Below, in pieces: positions 23,943-37,013 of a DNA stretch of 64,000 bases. The notes beneath the pieces are model-generated. The model ran no database searches, was not told the DNA's origin, and worked only from the letters and a program-made list of their open reading frames with translations. This DNA is from Squalus acanthias (lineage: Eukaryota): the NCBI GenBank assembly GCA_030390025.1, contig CM059425.1, positions 178,810,001 to 178,874,000 on the forward strand, written 5' to 3'. The position numbers and the translations under genes were made by a program. Numbering within the stretch: position 1 is the first letter of the stretch; each line of letters starts with the position of its first letter.

Positions 23943-26900
23943 AAAGAGTATGCACCTACTCTTACAGAAAGCAAGATCCATGACAGGAAACTCTCACTGA
24001 TATTAGCTTGAGGATTAGAGCCAAGTGGGAAGATATTCATAAATCCATCAATCATCTCAGGCAGACAACAGAGGAAAAAACTGGCATTTAACAGGAAGGC
24101 TCAGAGGGTGACAAGGGATTGCTTCTCTGTGCACTCTTTAATCCTAAGCGTGGCTGAAGGTAAGGTTGCATTTGAGTGATCGGAGCTGATGGCCAAAAGC
24201 CTTCAATCATCTCCTGAAAAAGATGCTGAATTTTGAATCTCCATTTACTTTTCATACTTATCTTGCGTTAGATTTTTTGATCTGTTGCATCAATGCAGAT
24301 CAGATGCAAAGGGATCAGAAAATCAGGCACACAGGCCTTAGGCCTGTTTCTTGGCCAATTCCTAAGGAACATGATTTCCTGCTGGGTATTGTAAATGGAT
24401 TAAGAGTGCTCATGCAGAAAAAGTGCGAGAACCTTATAAGCCTCCCGAAATGCATGCAAATTAATGATAATCGCAGTCAGCCACGATTTCCCAAGTTTTT
24501 CATCCAGAATCTGCTATTGGCTTTTGAGCCCATATCAAATAGAACTGATGGGAAGGCACATTCTGGCCTTTGGGATTTTCATCCATAAAGAAGTTTTATA
24601 CTGTCCCCTGTTCCAAGGTGAATATTGGTACTGAAATTACTAATGCCCGCCAGTGCCCTCCAGCACTGACCCTGCTGAAGTTGTGGGGTCACTGGCAGGG
24701 CACCTAATAAATGTGGGGCAGGTGAGAGCAAGCATCCTACAGGAGCATCGCTGGTGTCTGCCTGCCCATGTGGCCAGCCACTTTGTGCCAGACAACGTGC
24801 CTGCAACTGAGGGGGAGGGTTACCCAGCCATTACCTGCCACCAAACCCAGCCATGTTCCCCTCAGCCACTTGAGCATGGGCGCTAATCCTGAAAAATTGT
24901 AAAGAAAACTCAACACAATTGTGCCAACATCCAATGGCATTTAATTTTTAAGATGAAACTTATGTAGCAGTCTTTGCAATTGCAATGATGAGTGCCCATG
25001 CCTCAACACATAATGCTCTCTGATCAAGTACAAGAAAGAGCTTGCATTTATATAGTACCTTTCATGGCCTCAAGTTGTCCTAAAGCACTTCATGTCTGTA
25101 TGTTATTAAAGATGAACTGTGCACTTCATAGGGGAAGAGAAGGAAGAGGAGGAGTAGAAAGAACTCCCTCATCAGCTGCCAACAGACTCCCAGAGGGAGG
25201 CCAGCAGGTTACTAGGGCATTAAACTCACTTGGTTACTCCTCAAAGCTATAACACAAATTTTCTTCTGTAACTAATCCTGCACAGCATTATGACGCTCCC
25301 CCCCCCCCCCCCCACCCGACCTGATGTATTGTGGGTTTGGGACCTTAACAAGTAGGAGTAGCAGTTATTGGTCTCTGTGGATAGGACAGAAAATATCATT
25401 TGGATTAGCAAAATGGCAGGAAGTGCAAAGCTGGAGAAAGTAAAAGGGAGAGAGAGAGAGAGAGAAAGCCAGGAATAGGACAGATTATTTCTGGACAAAG
25501 CAAGAGGCATTCCCTAGTGATAAAATAAAATTTGCTCTAATCCAATTTGGTATTTTTGTACAGACTTTTTCCTTTCTACTTGGATCTTAAACCTTTTCAT
25601 ATTATAGTCACTATTCTGAGGGTGCTCATCCACATTTAGCTCATCTAACTAAACTATTTCATTATTCATGCCAGATCTTACAATGCCTCTGCTCTTGTAG
25701 GCCGACCAACATACTGCTTGAGGAGGGAGTCCTGTACACATTTTAGTAATTCCATTCTCTTTTCTCCATTTACTCCCTCTCTGTCCCAATTAATAAGTAG
25801 TTAATTAAAATCTCCTAGAACAATAATTTTGTTATTCCTACTCATCTCTTTCATCTGACTGCCAATTCCCTCTTCCATTTCCTTCCCACAATTTGGAGGT
25901 TTGTAAAACACCCCAGCTAATATAACCAAGTCTTTTGTCCATTTATAACAAGCCCATTTGATTTTATTCCTCTACTCCATATCCTGTGAAAACTTGCAAG
26001 GGCATTTGAAATTTGCCTGAATTGTACTAATAGCCACCATACATGTCAATGTGAAAGTTAATGCACAGTCTTTATTTTTTGTAAGACTGCCACCTTTAGT
26101 CAATCCCATGTGGAGATGTATCCAGGAAGACACAGCTGCATTGATAACGAGTACAGTCAGCTACATCTGCTTCCCTTTACACCAGCAGCAGCAAAAGTGA
26201 ACACAATGACAGCTTTATAACATTGTTGGATTTCATACCAATTTTGTTTGGGTAAGGAAGTATCAATTGCACTCATGTGGGAATACATGAACCTCTCAGC
26301 ATAAGGCTGCTTAGCGCAACTAAAAAGTGCACTACTTTATGCACATTCAAGTAAAGAGTGAAATGCACAACATCATTACCCGCGTACTGGCAAAATTCCC
26401 AGAATCCTCCCCTTTCGTCACCAAACCTGGCTCTGTTCCCAATGGACAATCAATGGGTTCCAGTGAAATCAGCTCAACCAATGTTATAGATAGTTCGCAA
26501 AACACTCCTGCTCCCATGATCCTTCCACTTATTCCATTTGGCAGTTGAAGTTTGTTTTTGGCCACTAAAACCTTACCATCTTTCAAAATTTTTTAAATTC
26601 TGGATGCAACATTGACTATGTTGCTGTGTGGACATGGAGGACTTTTTCCTAATTGCAGCATATTCTCTAATATTAGCCTTTAGCCTGATAAAACCTGAAA
26701 ATTAATTTGAATATACAATAGCACGTCCTACGCGATAGTCTGGAGATTAAATCTGTCAACTATTTTTTCTACTTTAAAATTCTCTCCTCTTTTTGTCTGT
26801 TCCTGTCATGAAGGTGGTGTTTTTTTAAAATTTGTTCATGGGATACGGGCGTCGCAGGCAAGGCCAGCATTTATTGCCCATCCCTAGTTGTTTATGGTGA

Positions 26901-28438
26901 GTTCCCCAGGTGCTCATTGCTCTTTGGTATCTCACCTAAGTGATCATTTGTCATGTGTGCAGCTGGACAGTGAGTATCAGATGGAACATGGAATAAAATC
27001 ACTGAATATTACAGCACAAAAAGAGATTATTCAGCCCATTAAGTCTGTGCCAATGTTTTCCCCACATGAGCTACTAAGTGTAATCCACCCCTTTCCTGGA
27101 AACTGATGCCACGTCTTCAGATGATATCAGCCAACAGGCAATAACCAGGCAGATTAACACCCAGTTACCACTTGTTTGCACTTTATCATTTACCCTGAAG
27201 AAAATCACACCTCAGTCTCCTCTATCTACCAGTCATTTTTTTAAATCTCCGCTGCTTAGAGGACACCTGCTGCATTCTGCTGCCAACCAAAGTGAAGCCT
27301 AATGTCCAATGCAGTATTGCAGGAGTTCTTCCTCCATTATCTGGTATGTTTTAGTCTAGTCTTTTATCTGCCTCAGCTACAACAAATAGTGCAACATTAA
27401 ATATGAAGTTATTTTACTCTTGAAAATGTCAACATGGCTCCTCCAATGGTTTATTAAGAAAATGCATCACGCAGTGTGGTGCTAAGCAATACAGGTCAGA
27501 AAGGTCCCAGGTTCAATCTCCAGTCTGCAATTAATGAATTAATCTCAGTTGCAGCAATGGTTGGGGTGCGACAGTTAGCCTCAGTGCTCTTGGGCTAGGG
27601 AGTGGAGAAATTAACAAGAGTTGCTGTTCCTCATCAGTATTCAGGAACCTGTTGGAAAGTGCCATTGAAGGTGATTCTGCTGTAATGCTGCCCCCACTCC
27701 CCCCATGGTTGCACTCAGTAGCTACTACAACAATTGTATTTATATAGCATCTTTAACACAGAAAATCTTCCCAAGACACTGCACAGAAGTGTACTTAGTC
27801 AAAAATGGACACTGAGCCAAAGAAGGAGATATTAGGAGGGGTGATTAAAGGCTTGGTTAAGGAGGTGGTTTGAAGGAGGGTCTTAAAGGAGAGATTTAGG
27901 AAGGGAATTCTAGAATGTAGGGCCTAGATGGCTGAAGGCACAGTGCCAATGATGAGGCAAAGAAAGGGGGTGATGTATAAAAGGCCAGAGTGAGGGATTT
28001 AAACGCAAGCATGAGAATTTTAAATTAAATGTATTGAGGGACCTGGAGCCAATGTAGGTAAACAAGGATAGGGGTAATGGGTGAGCGAAACTTGGCACGG
28101 GATAGAAAATAGAAAGCAGAGTTTTGCATAAGCTGAAGATGGAAGATGGGAGGCCGGCCATGAGAATATTGGATTAGTCAAGTCTGGAAGTAACAAAGGC
28201 ATGGATGAGAGTTTCAGCAGCAGATGGGCTATGGCAGGGGTGGAGGCGGGCAATGCTACAGAGCTGGAAGTAGGTGGTCTTTGAAATGGAACGGTTATGG
28301 TATTAGAGGCTCCGCTCAGGGTTGTAATGGTTGCCAAGGTTGCAAACAGTCTGGTTCAACCTGAAACAGTGGCTGGGTGGGTAGGGGATTGAATTGGTGG
28401 CTAGAGAACAGAGTTTGTGGCGGAGACCAAAGACCCGT

Positions 28439-29514
28439 GGGGATGATCTTTAATGGGGGGAGGAAACTCGGGCCACGGTAGGAGGGGAGGGGGGGGAGCA
28501 TTTCAGAGATCGGGCCACGATTGGCAGGGAAACCGAGAGCTCAGGTCACGATTGGGGAGAGGGACAGTCTGGCTGCAATTGGGGGGCGGGGGTCGTGGGG
28601 GGGGGGGTGCGGTCTGGCTACAAGCGAGGGTAGGGTGGGGGTAGCCCAGTGTAAGGAAAGCCCAAGGCTTCCTAGTGAGGCCTAGCAGAGCAGTCCTACC
28701 CTTTCTGGCCCAGAAGGAAATCTGAAAAATAAATGTAAAACTTACCTTCTGGGCCGTTTCTGGTAGCGCTCTTGCTTCTGAGGCAGAATGTTGTAGATTC
28801 AAGTCCCACTCCAGAGCCTTGAGCACAAAAATATAGGCTGACACTCCAGAGCAGTACTGAGGGAGTGCTGCATTGTTGGAGGTGCCGTCTTTAGGATGAG
28901 ACATTAAACCAAGGCCCTGTCTGCTCTCTCAGATGGACGTAAAAGATCCCATGGTACTATTTTGAAGAAAAGCAGGGGAGTTTTCCCCGGTGTCCTGGCT
29001 AATATTTATCCTTCGATCAACATTACTAAAAAACAGATTATCTGTTCATTATCACATTGCTGTTTGTGGGAGCTTGCTGTGTGCAAATTAGCTGCCACGT
29101 TTCCTACATTACAACAGTGACTACACTTCAAAAGTACTTCATTGGCTGTAAAGTGCTTTGGGACGTCCAGAGGTTGTGAAAGGCGCTATGTAAATGCAAG
29201 TCTTTCTTTTCTTTTAGGATCTGGCTCCCAGTAGGTATTGCCTGATGGGGGAGCCGACACTGCGCTCCCCCCACCTGCTCCCCGCTCAGGCCCCAGCTTG
29301 AAATTGCAGATGACATCATCGGACCTGATCTGCATATTTAAAACATAACCTCACTTCCTTCCTGCGGGTGTCCTCCTCGCCTGCTCAAAAGAGCAGGTTA
29401 ATATGGGTACATGGCAGGAAAGAAGCAGGATTGGTGGGCGTAAGCGACTCCCATTTTTTTAACTGCCCCCCCGCGCCCAGTTTCCCCAGGTTAGGGGCAG
29501 TTAAAATCCGAGCC
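28439..29514. mobile_element. Harbinger-type MITE containing a DeuSINE
   Basis: Ends GGGGATGATCTTT / AAAATCCGAGCC; L2 sequence is continuous across it; hairpin cassette at 28669-28745. Confidence 0.65.
28766..29215 (+). mobile_element. DeuSINE (SacSINE1/AmnSINE1-like) with L2-type tail
   Basis: Deu-domain-like GGTGCCGTCTTTAGGATGAGACATTAAACC..GTAAAAGATCCC; ends GGCGCTATGTAAATGCAAGTCTTTCTTT. Confidence 0.8.
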
Positions 29515-29655
29515 ATTTCCTTTGGTCTTTCCAACGTTTTCTGGAGGAAATTGTGGCTCATCCAAGACTGGACTTCAGACAGACAGTTTGACAACACAGA
29601 GGCAGTGCGGTGTTGTGAGAGGTGGTGGTGAGGTATTGCTGGGTGTCATCAGAGT

Positions 29656-31083
29656 ACATAAGAACATAAGAACATAAGAAATAGGAGCAGGAGTAGGCCA
29701 ATCTGCCCCTCGAGCCTGCTCCGCCATTCAATAAGATCATGGGTGATCTGATCCTAACCGCCAATCTACTATCTATCACAGAACCATCTCCTGCATCTAA
29801 CAGAATTGCACACACGAAATAGGAGCAGAATCAGGCTACACAGTCCCTGGGCCCGCTCCACTACCCACAGGGCCATGACCGATCCGAACCTAGACTCATG
29901 TCCAAATTCCTGCCCGCTCCCCGTAACCCTTAATGCCCTTTACTTCTAGGAAACTGTCTATTTCTGTTTTAAATTTAATTAATGTTGTAGCTTCTACAGC
30001 TTTTTGTGGCAGCATATTCCATGGACCTACCACCCTCTGAGTGAAGTAGTTCCTCCTCATCTCAGTTTTGAAAGAGCAGCCCCTTATTCTAAGACTATGT
30101 CCCCTAGTTCTCGTCTCACCCGTCATCGGGAACATCCTCCCCGCATCCACCCGATCCAACCCCTTCACAATCTTATATGTTTCAATAAGATCGCCTCTCA
30201 TTCTTCTGAACTCCAATGAGTAGAGTCCCAATCTACCCAACCTCTCCTCATATGACCACCCCCTCATCCCCGGGATTAACCGAGTGAACCTTTTTTGCAC
30301 TGCCTCGAGAGCAAGGATGTCTTTCCTTAAGTAAGGACACCAAAACTGTGTGCAGTATTCCAGGTGCGGTCTCACCAATACCTTGTACAACTGAAGCAAT
30401 ACCTCCCTATTTTTATATTCTATCCCCCTAGCAATGAAAGCCAACATTCCATTTGCCTTCTTAATCACTTGCTGCACCTGCATACTAACCTTTTGAGTTT
30501 CGTGCACCAGGACCCCCAGATCCCTTTGCACTTCAGTACTCTCCAGTTTCTTGCCATTAAGATAATAAATTGCTCTAGGATTTTTCCTGCCAAAGTGCAT
30601 CACCTCACACTTTCCAGTGTTGTATTCCATCTGCCAAATCTCTGCCCACTTACTTAGCCTGTCTATGTCCCCTTGCAGGTTTTTTATGTCCTCCTCACTC
30701 ACTACTTTCCCTCCCATCTTTGTATCATCTGCAAATTTTGATATGTTACACTTGGTCCCTTCCTCCAAATCGTTAATATAGATTGTGAAGAGTTGGGGAC
30801 CCAGCACTGACCCCTGTGGAACACCACTAGTTACTGATTGCCAGTCTGAGAATGAACCATTTATCCCAACTCTTTGCTTTCTGTTAGATAGCCAATCCTC
30901 TATCCATGCCAGAATATTACCCCCAATCCCGTGATTTTTTACCTTAAGCAATAATCTTTTGTGTGGCACCTTGTCAAATGCCTTTTGGAAGTCTAAATAC
31001 ACTACGTCCACTGGTTCCCCTTTATCCACTCTATATGTTACTTCCTCAAAGAACTCCAGCAAATTTGTCAAACATGACTTCCC
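29656..31083 (-). mobile_element. Young CR1 LINE, 5'-truncated, open 396-aa RT frame
   Basis: ORF 29896-31086: YLDFQKAFDKVPH, SGVPQGSVLGP, KFADDTK; (TTCTTATG)n tail. Confidence 0.95.
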
Positions 31084-31103
31084 CATGTGGAAGTTGACTC
31101 AAT

Positions 31104-31949
31104 GGGCTCGATTTTCCAAGCCCCGAGGCGGCGGGCATGGAGGTGGGACAGCCGGTAAACTCGGAGAAATTGGGGGCGGACGGCAAACCCGCTCCCATCC
31201 CGCTTCCGTGCCCATTAGCCAGGAAGCGGGAAGATGTGCAGCTTCGGGTCCCATCTCCTGGAGGCGGGAAAGGCATTTAATCCTTTTAACTGCCTGTTAA
31301 CAGGTAGTTAACAGGCAGAAAAAAGGATTAATGCCATTTTACCTTCACAGCTGAAGGCTTCCCGACCTCGGAGAACCCCGCCGGGTTGGAGGAAATGTGG
31401 AGGAGGTCTGCGGTGGTCGGAGGCACCTGAAAGTAAGACGTAGAGGTGAGTGATGGGTGCAAGTGTGGAGTGGTAAGTATGCAAGGTGAGTGATAAGTTT
31501 AAAAAAGTGTTCACTTACCTTGTTTTCCTTCCATAGCCTTTAGCCGCGGAGGATCGGGAGAGCCGACATCCTGCTTGTCAATTTCAGGTAATGGCTGATG
31601 GACCCTCCGATCCATCAGACATCTGAAATTTACAAATTTGCAATGTTTGATGAGTCCTCACCTCAAAGACTCATCAAACTAAAGAGAATGTCAGTGTTTG
31701 ACAGCTTCACAGAGCTGTCAAACGCTGTCATTTCTTCTTTCAAGAAGTCTTGACAGATAGCACGTCTGATGTTAACGTGATCTGTCAGTGACTTCTTCCC
31801 TAATTGGCCTGCTGAGCCCGCAGGGCGGGCTTAACAAGCTCAATCAGGGGAAAATCCCTCTGAATGGTCAGGCGAGGATGGAGGCAGGACATTGACACGA
31901 CAAGCAGCAGTCCCACCTCCAACTCGCCTCCATTCACAAAATCCAGCCC
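31104..31949. mobile_element. Harbinger-type MITE
   Basis: Ends GGGCTCGATTTT / AAAATCCAGCCC; near-TSD AAT/CAT; L2 is continuous across it. Confidence 0.85.
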
Positions 31950-32684
31950 CATGTTTTTGCATGACGTCACCAAGAGGCAGCATTTGGATAAGGAGGAGGA
32001 GGGGACCAAGGATAGATTCTTGGGGGACACTAAAGGCAACAGTGAGCAACCAGGAAGACAAGCTATTGCTGGAGATGCTCTGGCTATGATTGGATATGTG
32101 AGAACCAATTAAGGGAAGTGCCATTGAGCTGGACAATGGAGGCGAGGCATTGGAGGACGAAGGCCGCAAACAGCCAAGGTGAGCAAGGAGGGATAATGCA
32201 CCATGGTCACACAGAGAGAAGATGTCATTTGTGGCTTTGATTAGGGCCGTATCAGTACTGTGGCAGGGGCAGAAACCTAATTATTGAGTTGGGCAGAAAA
32301 ACAGGAAAAATGTGGCTTTTTCATCTTTGAATGGAGACAACTAAGAGCTGAGCACAAAGAGGAGCATAAAATAACAAATAGTATTAAAAAGAACTCAGCG
32401 ATGAAGAATGGCAAACCACTGGAGACCTGCCAGGACCTGTGGATCTGTACTGCATGTTCAGTGGAGGAGGAGTGAAAATGGGGAAAAATGGCAACCACAA
32501 AATGTGACATATATAAGACAAGCAGCTTGTAAGTAGTAATTTATTGATTTACTGCCAAATAAACCAATTTATGGCCAGGCTGCATAGGAGATTATGTGCT
32601 GTATAGTTCAATGCCACTTATTCCGAAGCAAATTATTGCTCACCACTATTTACCTCATACAATAATACATTAATAAAATAAAAC

Positions 32685-33420
32685 TTACATTGAGTTACAT
32701 TGAGTCTACAGCACAGAAATAGGCCATTCGGTCCAACTGGTCCATGCCGCATTTATGCTCTGCACGAGCCTCTTCCCACCCCGCTTCATCTAACCCTATC
32801 AGCGTAATATTCGATACCTTTCTCCCCCATGTGCTTACCTAGCTTCCCCTTAAATGCGTCTATGCTTTTTGCCTCAACTACTCCTTGTGGTAGCGAATTC
32901 CGCATTCTGACCACTCTCTGAGTGAAGAAGTTTCTCCTGAATTCCCTATTGGATTTACTAGTGACTATCTTATATTTGTGATCTCTGGTTTTGGACTCCC
33001 CCACAAGTGGAAACATTTTCTCTACGTCTACTCTATCAAACCCTATCAGAATTTTAAAGACCTCTATCAGGTCACCCCTCAGCCTTCTCTTTTCAAGAGA
33101 AAAGAGCCCCAGTCTGTTCAGCCTTTCCTGATAAGGATATCCTCTCAATTCTGGTACCATCCTTGTGAACCCTTTTTGCGCCTTTGCCAATGCCTCTATA
33201 TCCTTTTTTATAATATGGAGAGCAGAACTGTGCACTGTATTCCAAGTGTGGTCTAATCAGGGTTCGATACAAGTTTAACATAACTTCTCTGCTTTTCAAT
33301 TCTAACCTTCTCGAAGTGAACCCCAGTGCTTGGTTTGCTTTTTTATGGACTTATTAACCTGCGTCACTACTTTTAGTGATTTGTGAATGTCTGCCCCTAG
33401 GCCCCTTTGCTTCTCTACTC
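32685..33420 (-). mobile_element. CR1 LINE 3' fragment
   Basis: ORFs 32786-33235 and 33093-33299 carry CR1 ORF2 motifs. Confidence 0.9.
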
Positions 33421-33683
33421 CATTAAAATTTACACGCTAGATTTTCCGAGAGGTGATAATTGTAAGAAGTATTTTCACAGCTCATAAAAGCTGTTTGTCA
33501 CACATTTACATATTTTTATGTTTTACGATACTCACAAGTTAAATATGGACAAAGAAAGCCTTTCAGCCCATCTTATCCATTTCATAAAGGCGGCAGTCCC
33601 TCCATCAGAGCATAAAACTGTCTCTAAAATGACTCTAATGTTCTTACCTTCCCTCTCCGACCTGACAGTACATTCCATGCCAT

Positions 33684-34205
33684 GGGTTTTAACCCGGAGA
33701 GGGTATTGGTTGGGCGGGGGGGGGTGAAATGGTGAGAAGCGGGTGCAGTGTAGCTGTCAGCAGGCAAAGATTGGGCGTCCTTTGGTCAGGCACTGGCTTC
33801 CGGGTAAGTGGTGGGGAAGGGCTTTCGGGAGGGTCTTGCAGAAGGGAAGGGGGGAGCCCGAGGTAAAAGAGGTTGCGACTTTCCTCGTGGGGCCGAGAGG
33901 AGCACTTTTTTGACATACTTGGATGGCCTTTTTGTCCTTCGCATCAGCAGCTGACCTGCTTCAGCCTGATGAGGAAGCCATGGCGACTTATTTGCTTAGG
34001 CCCCAGTTAAAATGCCATCAGGGTCTTAATGAAATAATAACAAAAATGCATGAGGCTCCCACTTGTTTTAGGTGGGCGTCTCACCTATTGGTAAATATCG
34101 AAGATGGCGGGAAAGGATTGAGCTCCATGCAGGTCAGTAACTTACTCATTTTTAACTGCCCACCTGCCCGGTTTCTGCTGGATAAGTAGAGTTAAAATTG
34201 GCCTC
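33684..34205. mobile_element. Harbinger-type MITE, degenerate
   Basis: Right end TTAAAATTGGCCTC; half hairpin plus minus-strand donor at 33880-33918. Confidence 0.5.
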
Positions 34206-34702
34206 CATATGTTGATCACCCTTTGTTTGAAGAGGAGTTTCCTGAAATCGGTCCTAAATTTTCCCTTCACCAGTTGGAATCTGTGTCCCCTTGTCCTTGT
34301 CCCCTGAGAGAAAGAGAAGATACTTGTGGGACCATGTGAGTGAACTGTCAGCAAGTCTTTCTTCAAAGGCCACTCTTTCTAAGAGGACCAATTTAAAAAT
34401 GTGCTTAAGCTGAATTTTGGGTTTTTCGAAGGCCTGGAAACCCCTGTGGGCCCCACTTCCACTGCTTATTTGACCCGGACACCTGCAAATTGCCAGCCTC
34501 CAGATTGTTCTACGCAAAGGAGACAGGAGCCACAAGAAATCCAGGGGGTAGAGCCTACAACCTTCTGACATAGAGGTAACTGATAACTAAACCAAATTGG
34601 CACTGACATAGCTAATGGTCTTATTTTTATGTGAAACCCAAGTTTCATGCACAGGACTCTCACTTTCAAAGTAAGTATTTTGAGATCTTGAGAATAGAAC
34701 AT

Positions 34703-35370
34703 TGACGTAATAAGTAGTCTGATTGTCCCGTTTGATTCTGGTCAGGAAAGTTTTGAGATCTTGAGAATAGAACGTATTTATTTGTTCATGGGATGCGGGC
34801 GCTGCTAGCTAGGCTGCATTGATCATCCCACCATTCTTTAACATATCAGGCATTTATGGGGCCGACAGAACTTCCCAGCAAGAATTCTTTTTATTTAATC
34901 TTCTGAGTGCAGACTCCACATTTCTGCACCCTATCTGATTTTCTGCCCCCCCCCCACTGCTCTCTCGGAATGCACCTCGGGCTTCGAGGAAATTGGGGAC
35001 TATTATCGATAGGAAGTCTTACAATGCCTAACTGATCCTCTGTGGAAACCCTGAACAATTTATAAATGAGAAAATGTGACAGGCCATGTACTCTCACACA
35101 AGGAAAGCAAACTGAGAATGAGGCCTCCTATCTCACATCATTGTGTTTGGTGAGTCACTAACGCTCAAGCAAGCTCTGTGAAACTCAGGAACTAGATTTG
35201 CATTTTATTATTGATTTTTGTCACACAAAGAACTAGTCTCTTTATGTTAGTCTTGCATTTGCACTCGAGAGGTTTCTATTTCATGCTCCATCGGGGTGTG
35301 ATTGCTATTACCGTCAAAAATACTTTCCTGACCAGAATCTAACGGGACAATCAGACTACTTATTACATCA
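34703..35370. repeat. About 49-bp inverted repeat pair (34703-34751 / 35322-35370) with a 23-bp direct repeat around the left arm
   Basis: TAATAAGTAGTCTGATTGTCCCGTT(T/A)GATTCTGGTCAGGAAAGT in both orientations; TTTTGAGATCTTGAGAATAGAAC at 34678 and 34751. Confidence 0.8.
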
Positions 35371-37013
35371 TTGCTCCTCTCCCATGAAGTATAATGAATT
35401 CACATTTTCTGATCATTTGACCTTACGTTAGCACTAGTAGGCAACTAAGCACAGGGGTGTAAATACAGCAGCACAGAGGGGAAAATCTGTACAGGGCAAG
35501 ATTCCATTTGCACATTGACTGCTAGAAAGCTTTAGGAATTTTTTCCCCTCACCAGCATAGAGTAAGAGGTGCTGAGGTTCCAATTGTGCATTTCTTTGGT
35601 ATTTTAATAGTGGAGGAGTAGGAGCGGTACAAGATGAAGGAAAGGAGAGTGAGGCAGAGTGCGGAGGATGCACCCTACAAGATATTACTACCCCCAAAAA
35701 TTTACAGGCCATACAAATATTATGAAGATCTCAGTGAGCAGCTCGGCTTAAGAAGAGGGTGTTTCACCAAAAAGGCTGAAGGAGGGCTGTGCCAGCTTTT
35801 TGCATGAAGACCTGCTGCCACGATCATCTCCTTGAACAGTTGTTCCGCTGGCTGTAAAAGTTATCAACACACTCAATTTCCATGTCACTGGTTCCTATCA
35901 AGCAGCCACAGAGATCTGTGTATTATGTACTATGTATTACAGGGTGGTGTCTGGGCATGCATTCATCAGGTCACTGACACTATTTTCATCCTCAGGAATT
36001 CCTCCCTCCCTGATTTCTTCAATGAAGATCGTCAAGTGACTGACTAGGTTGTGGGGGTTAAAGCATACCCCCTGCTGCCATGGATAGTGAACCCTCTGCA
36101 AGTAGCAGGAACAGTAGCTGAGGAGTGCTATGATGAGCTACATGCTTCTGCTAAAAGCTCTAATTGAGACAATTATAAGGGTCTTAAAGGGGCGCTGTCA
36201 CTGCCTAGATAGATCAATGCACTGTTGAACAAGTATCTCGCATAGTGGCAGCTTGATGTGCACAGCATAACTCTACACTCCAAAAATACATGTAGATTCT
36301 TGAGAAAGTGACCCCAGCAGCTTTGGAGGCAGAGAAGCATGAAGTGGAGCATCATGAGGATCATCACGAGGAGGACTCCACAGTGCAAAGGGCATCCAAA
36401 CTCAATTTATGAATGAAGTTTTCTCCTCTGTCACCACTGCCAGTACTCCATTTTCCCCACCTGCAGGGTAATGGTGAATTTGAGGGCCTAAAGGCTATAA
36501 CCCACTCATGATTTGCTCCTGAGTCATCACTCCTTCCACATATGGGATATAAATCAATTTTCCCTTTTTTCCCATTAGCTGTTATTTGTGAGAATTCAGG
36601 ATTGAAAACCACAGAGCAGCCTGCCCTCCAGTCACCGATCCTCCAAACTCACTCGAGTGCATCAAGATGAGAAGCTATGGTTGCAGGTGAGGAATACAGA
36701 AAGAGAAAGAAGAGTGAAAAAAGAAAACACGTAGTACGTTACAGCTTTCAAAAATGGGCTCAGTGTACTCTGCTTGCAGAGTGTATTTAACAAATGTAAA
36801 TGATTTTTTAAATTAAATGAGGGGCAATAAATTCTTGCAGTATTACCGTCACATTTCTCTTCATAAAAAATGAAGGACACCAATGAAACAAAGCAGCACA
36901 CCATCCTACTCATTTCTACTTTTCTAAAATAATGAGGCCAATTTAACACTCCACTGCTGTGTCAGATCCATGGTGCAGTCTGATATTTACCAGACAAGTG
37001 TTGAACCAACATT

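Larger units (their letters stand above)
27720..32280 (-). mobile_element. L2 LINE 3' half interrupted by three insertions
   Basis: SVPQESILGPLLLLIQMLPLGDVMQKHG (31950+), YSDDTQ and LSNCLSEVQSWMSHNFL (29515-29659), 3' region at 27720-28435. Confidence 0.8.

Noticed and set aside
29896..31086. Functional CR1 reverse transcriptase
   Set aside because: 5'-truncated inside the RT domain, with no endonuclease or promoter; the open frame only reflects youth.
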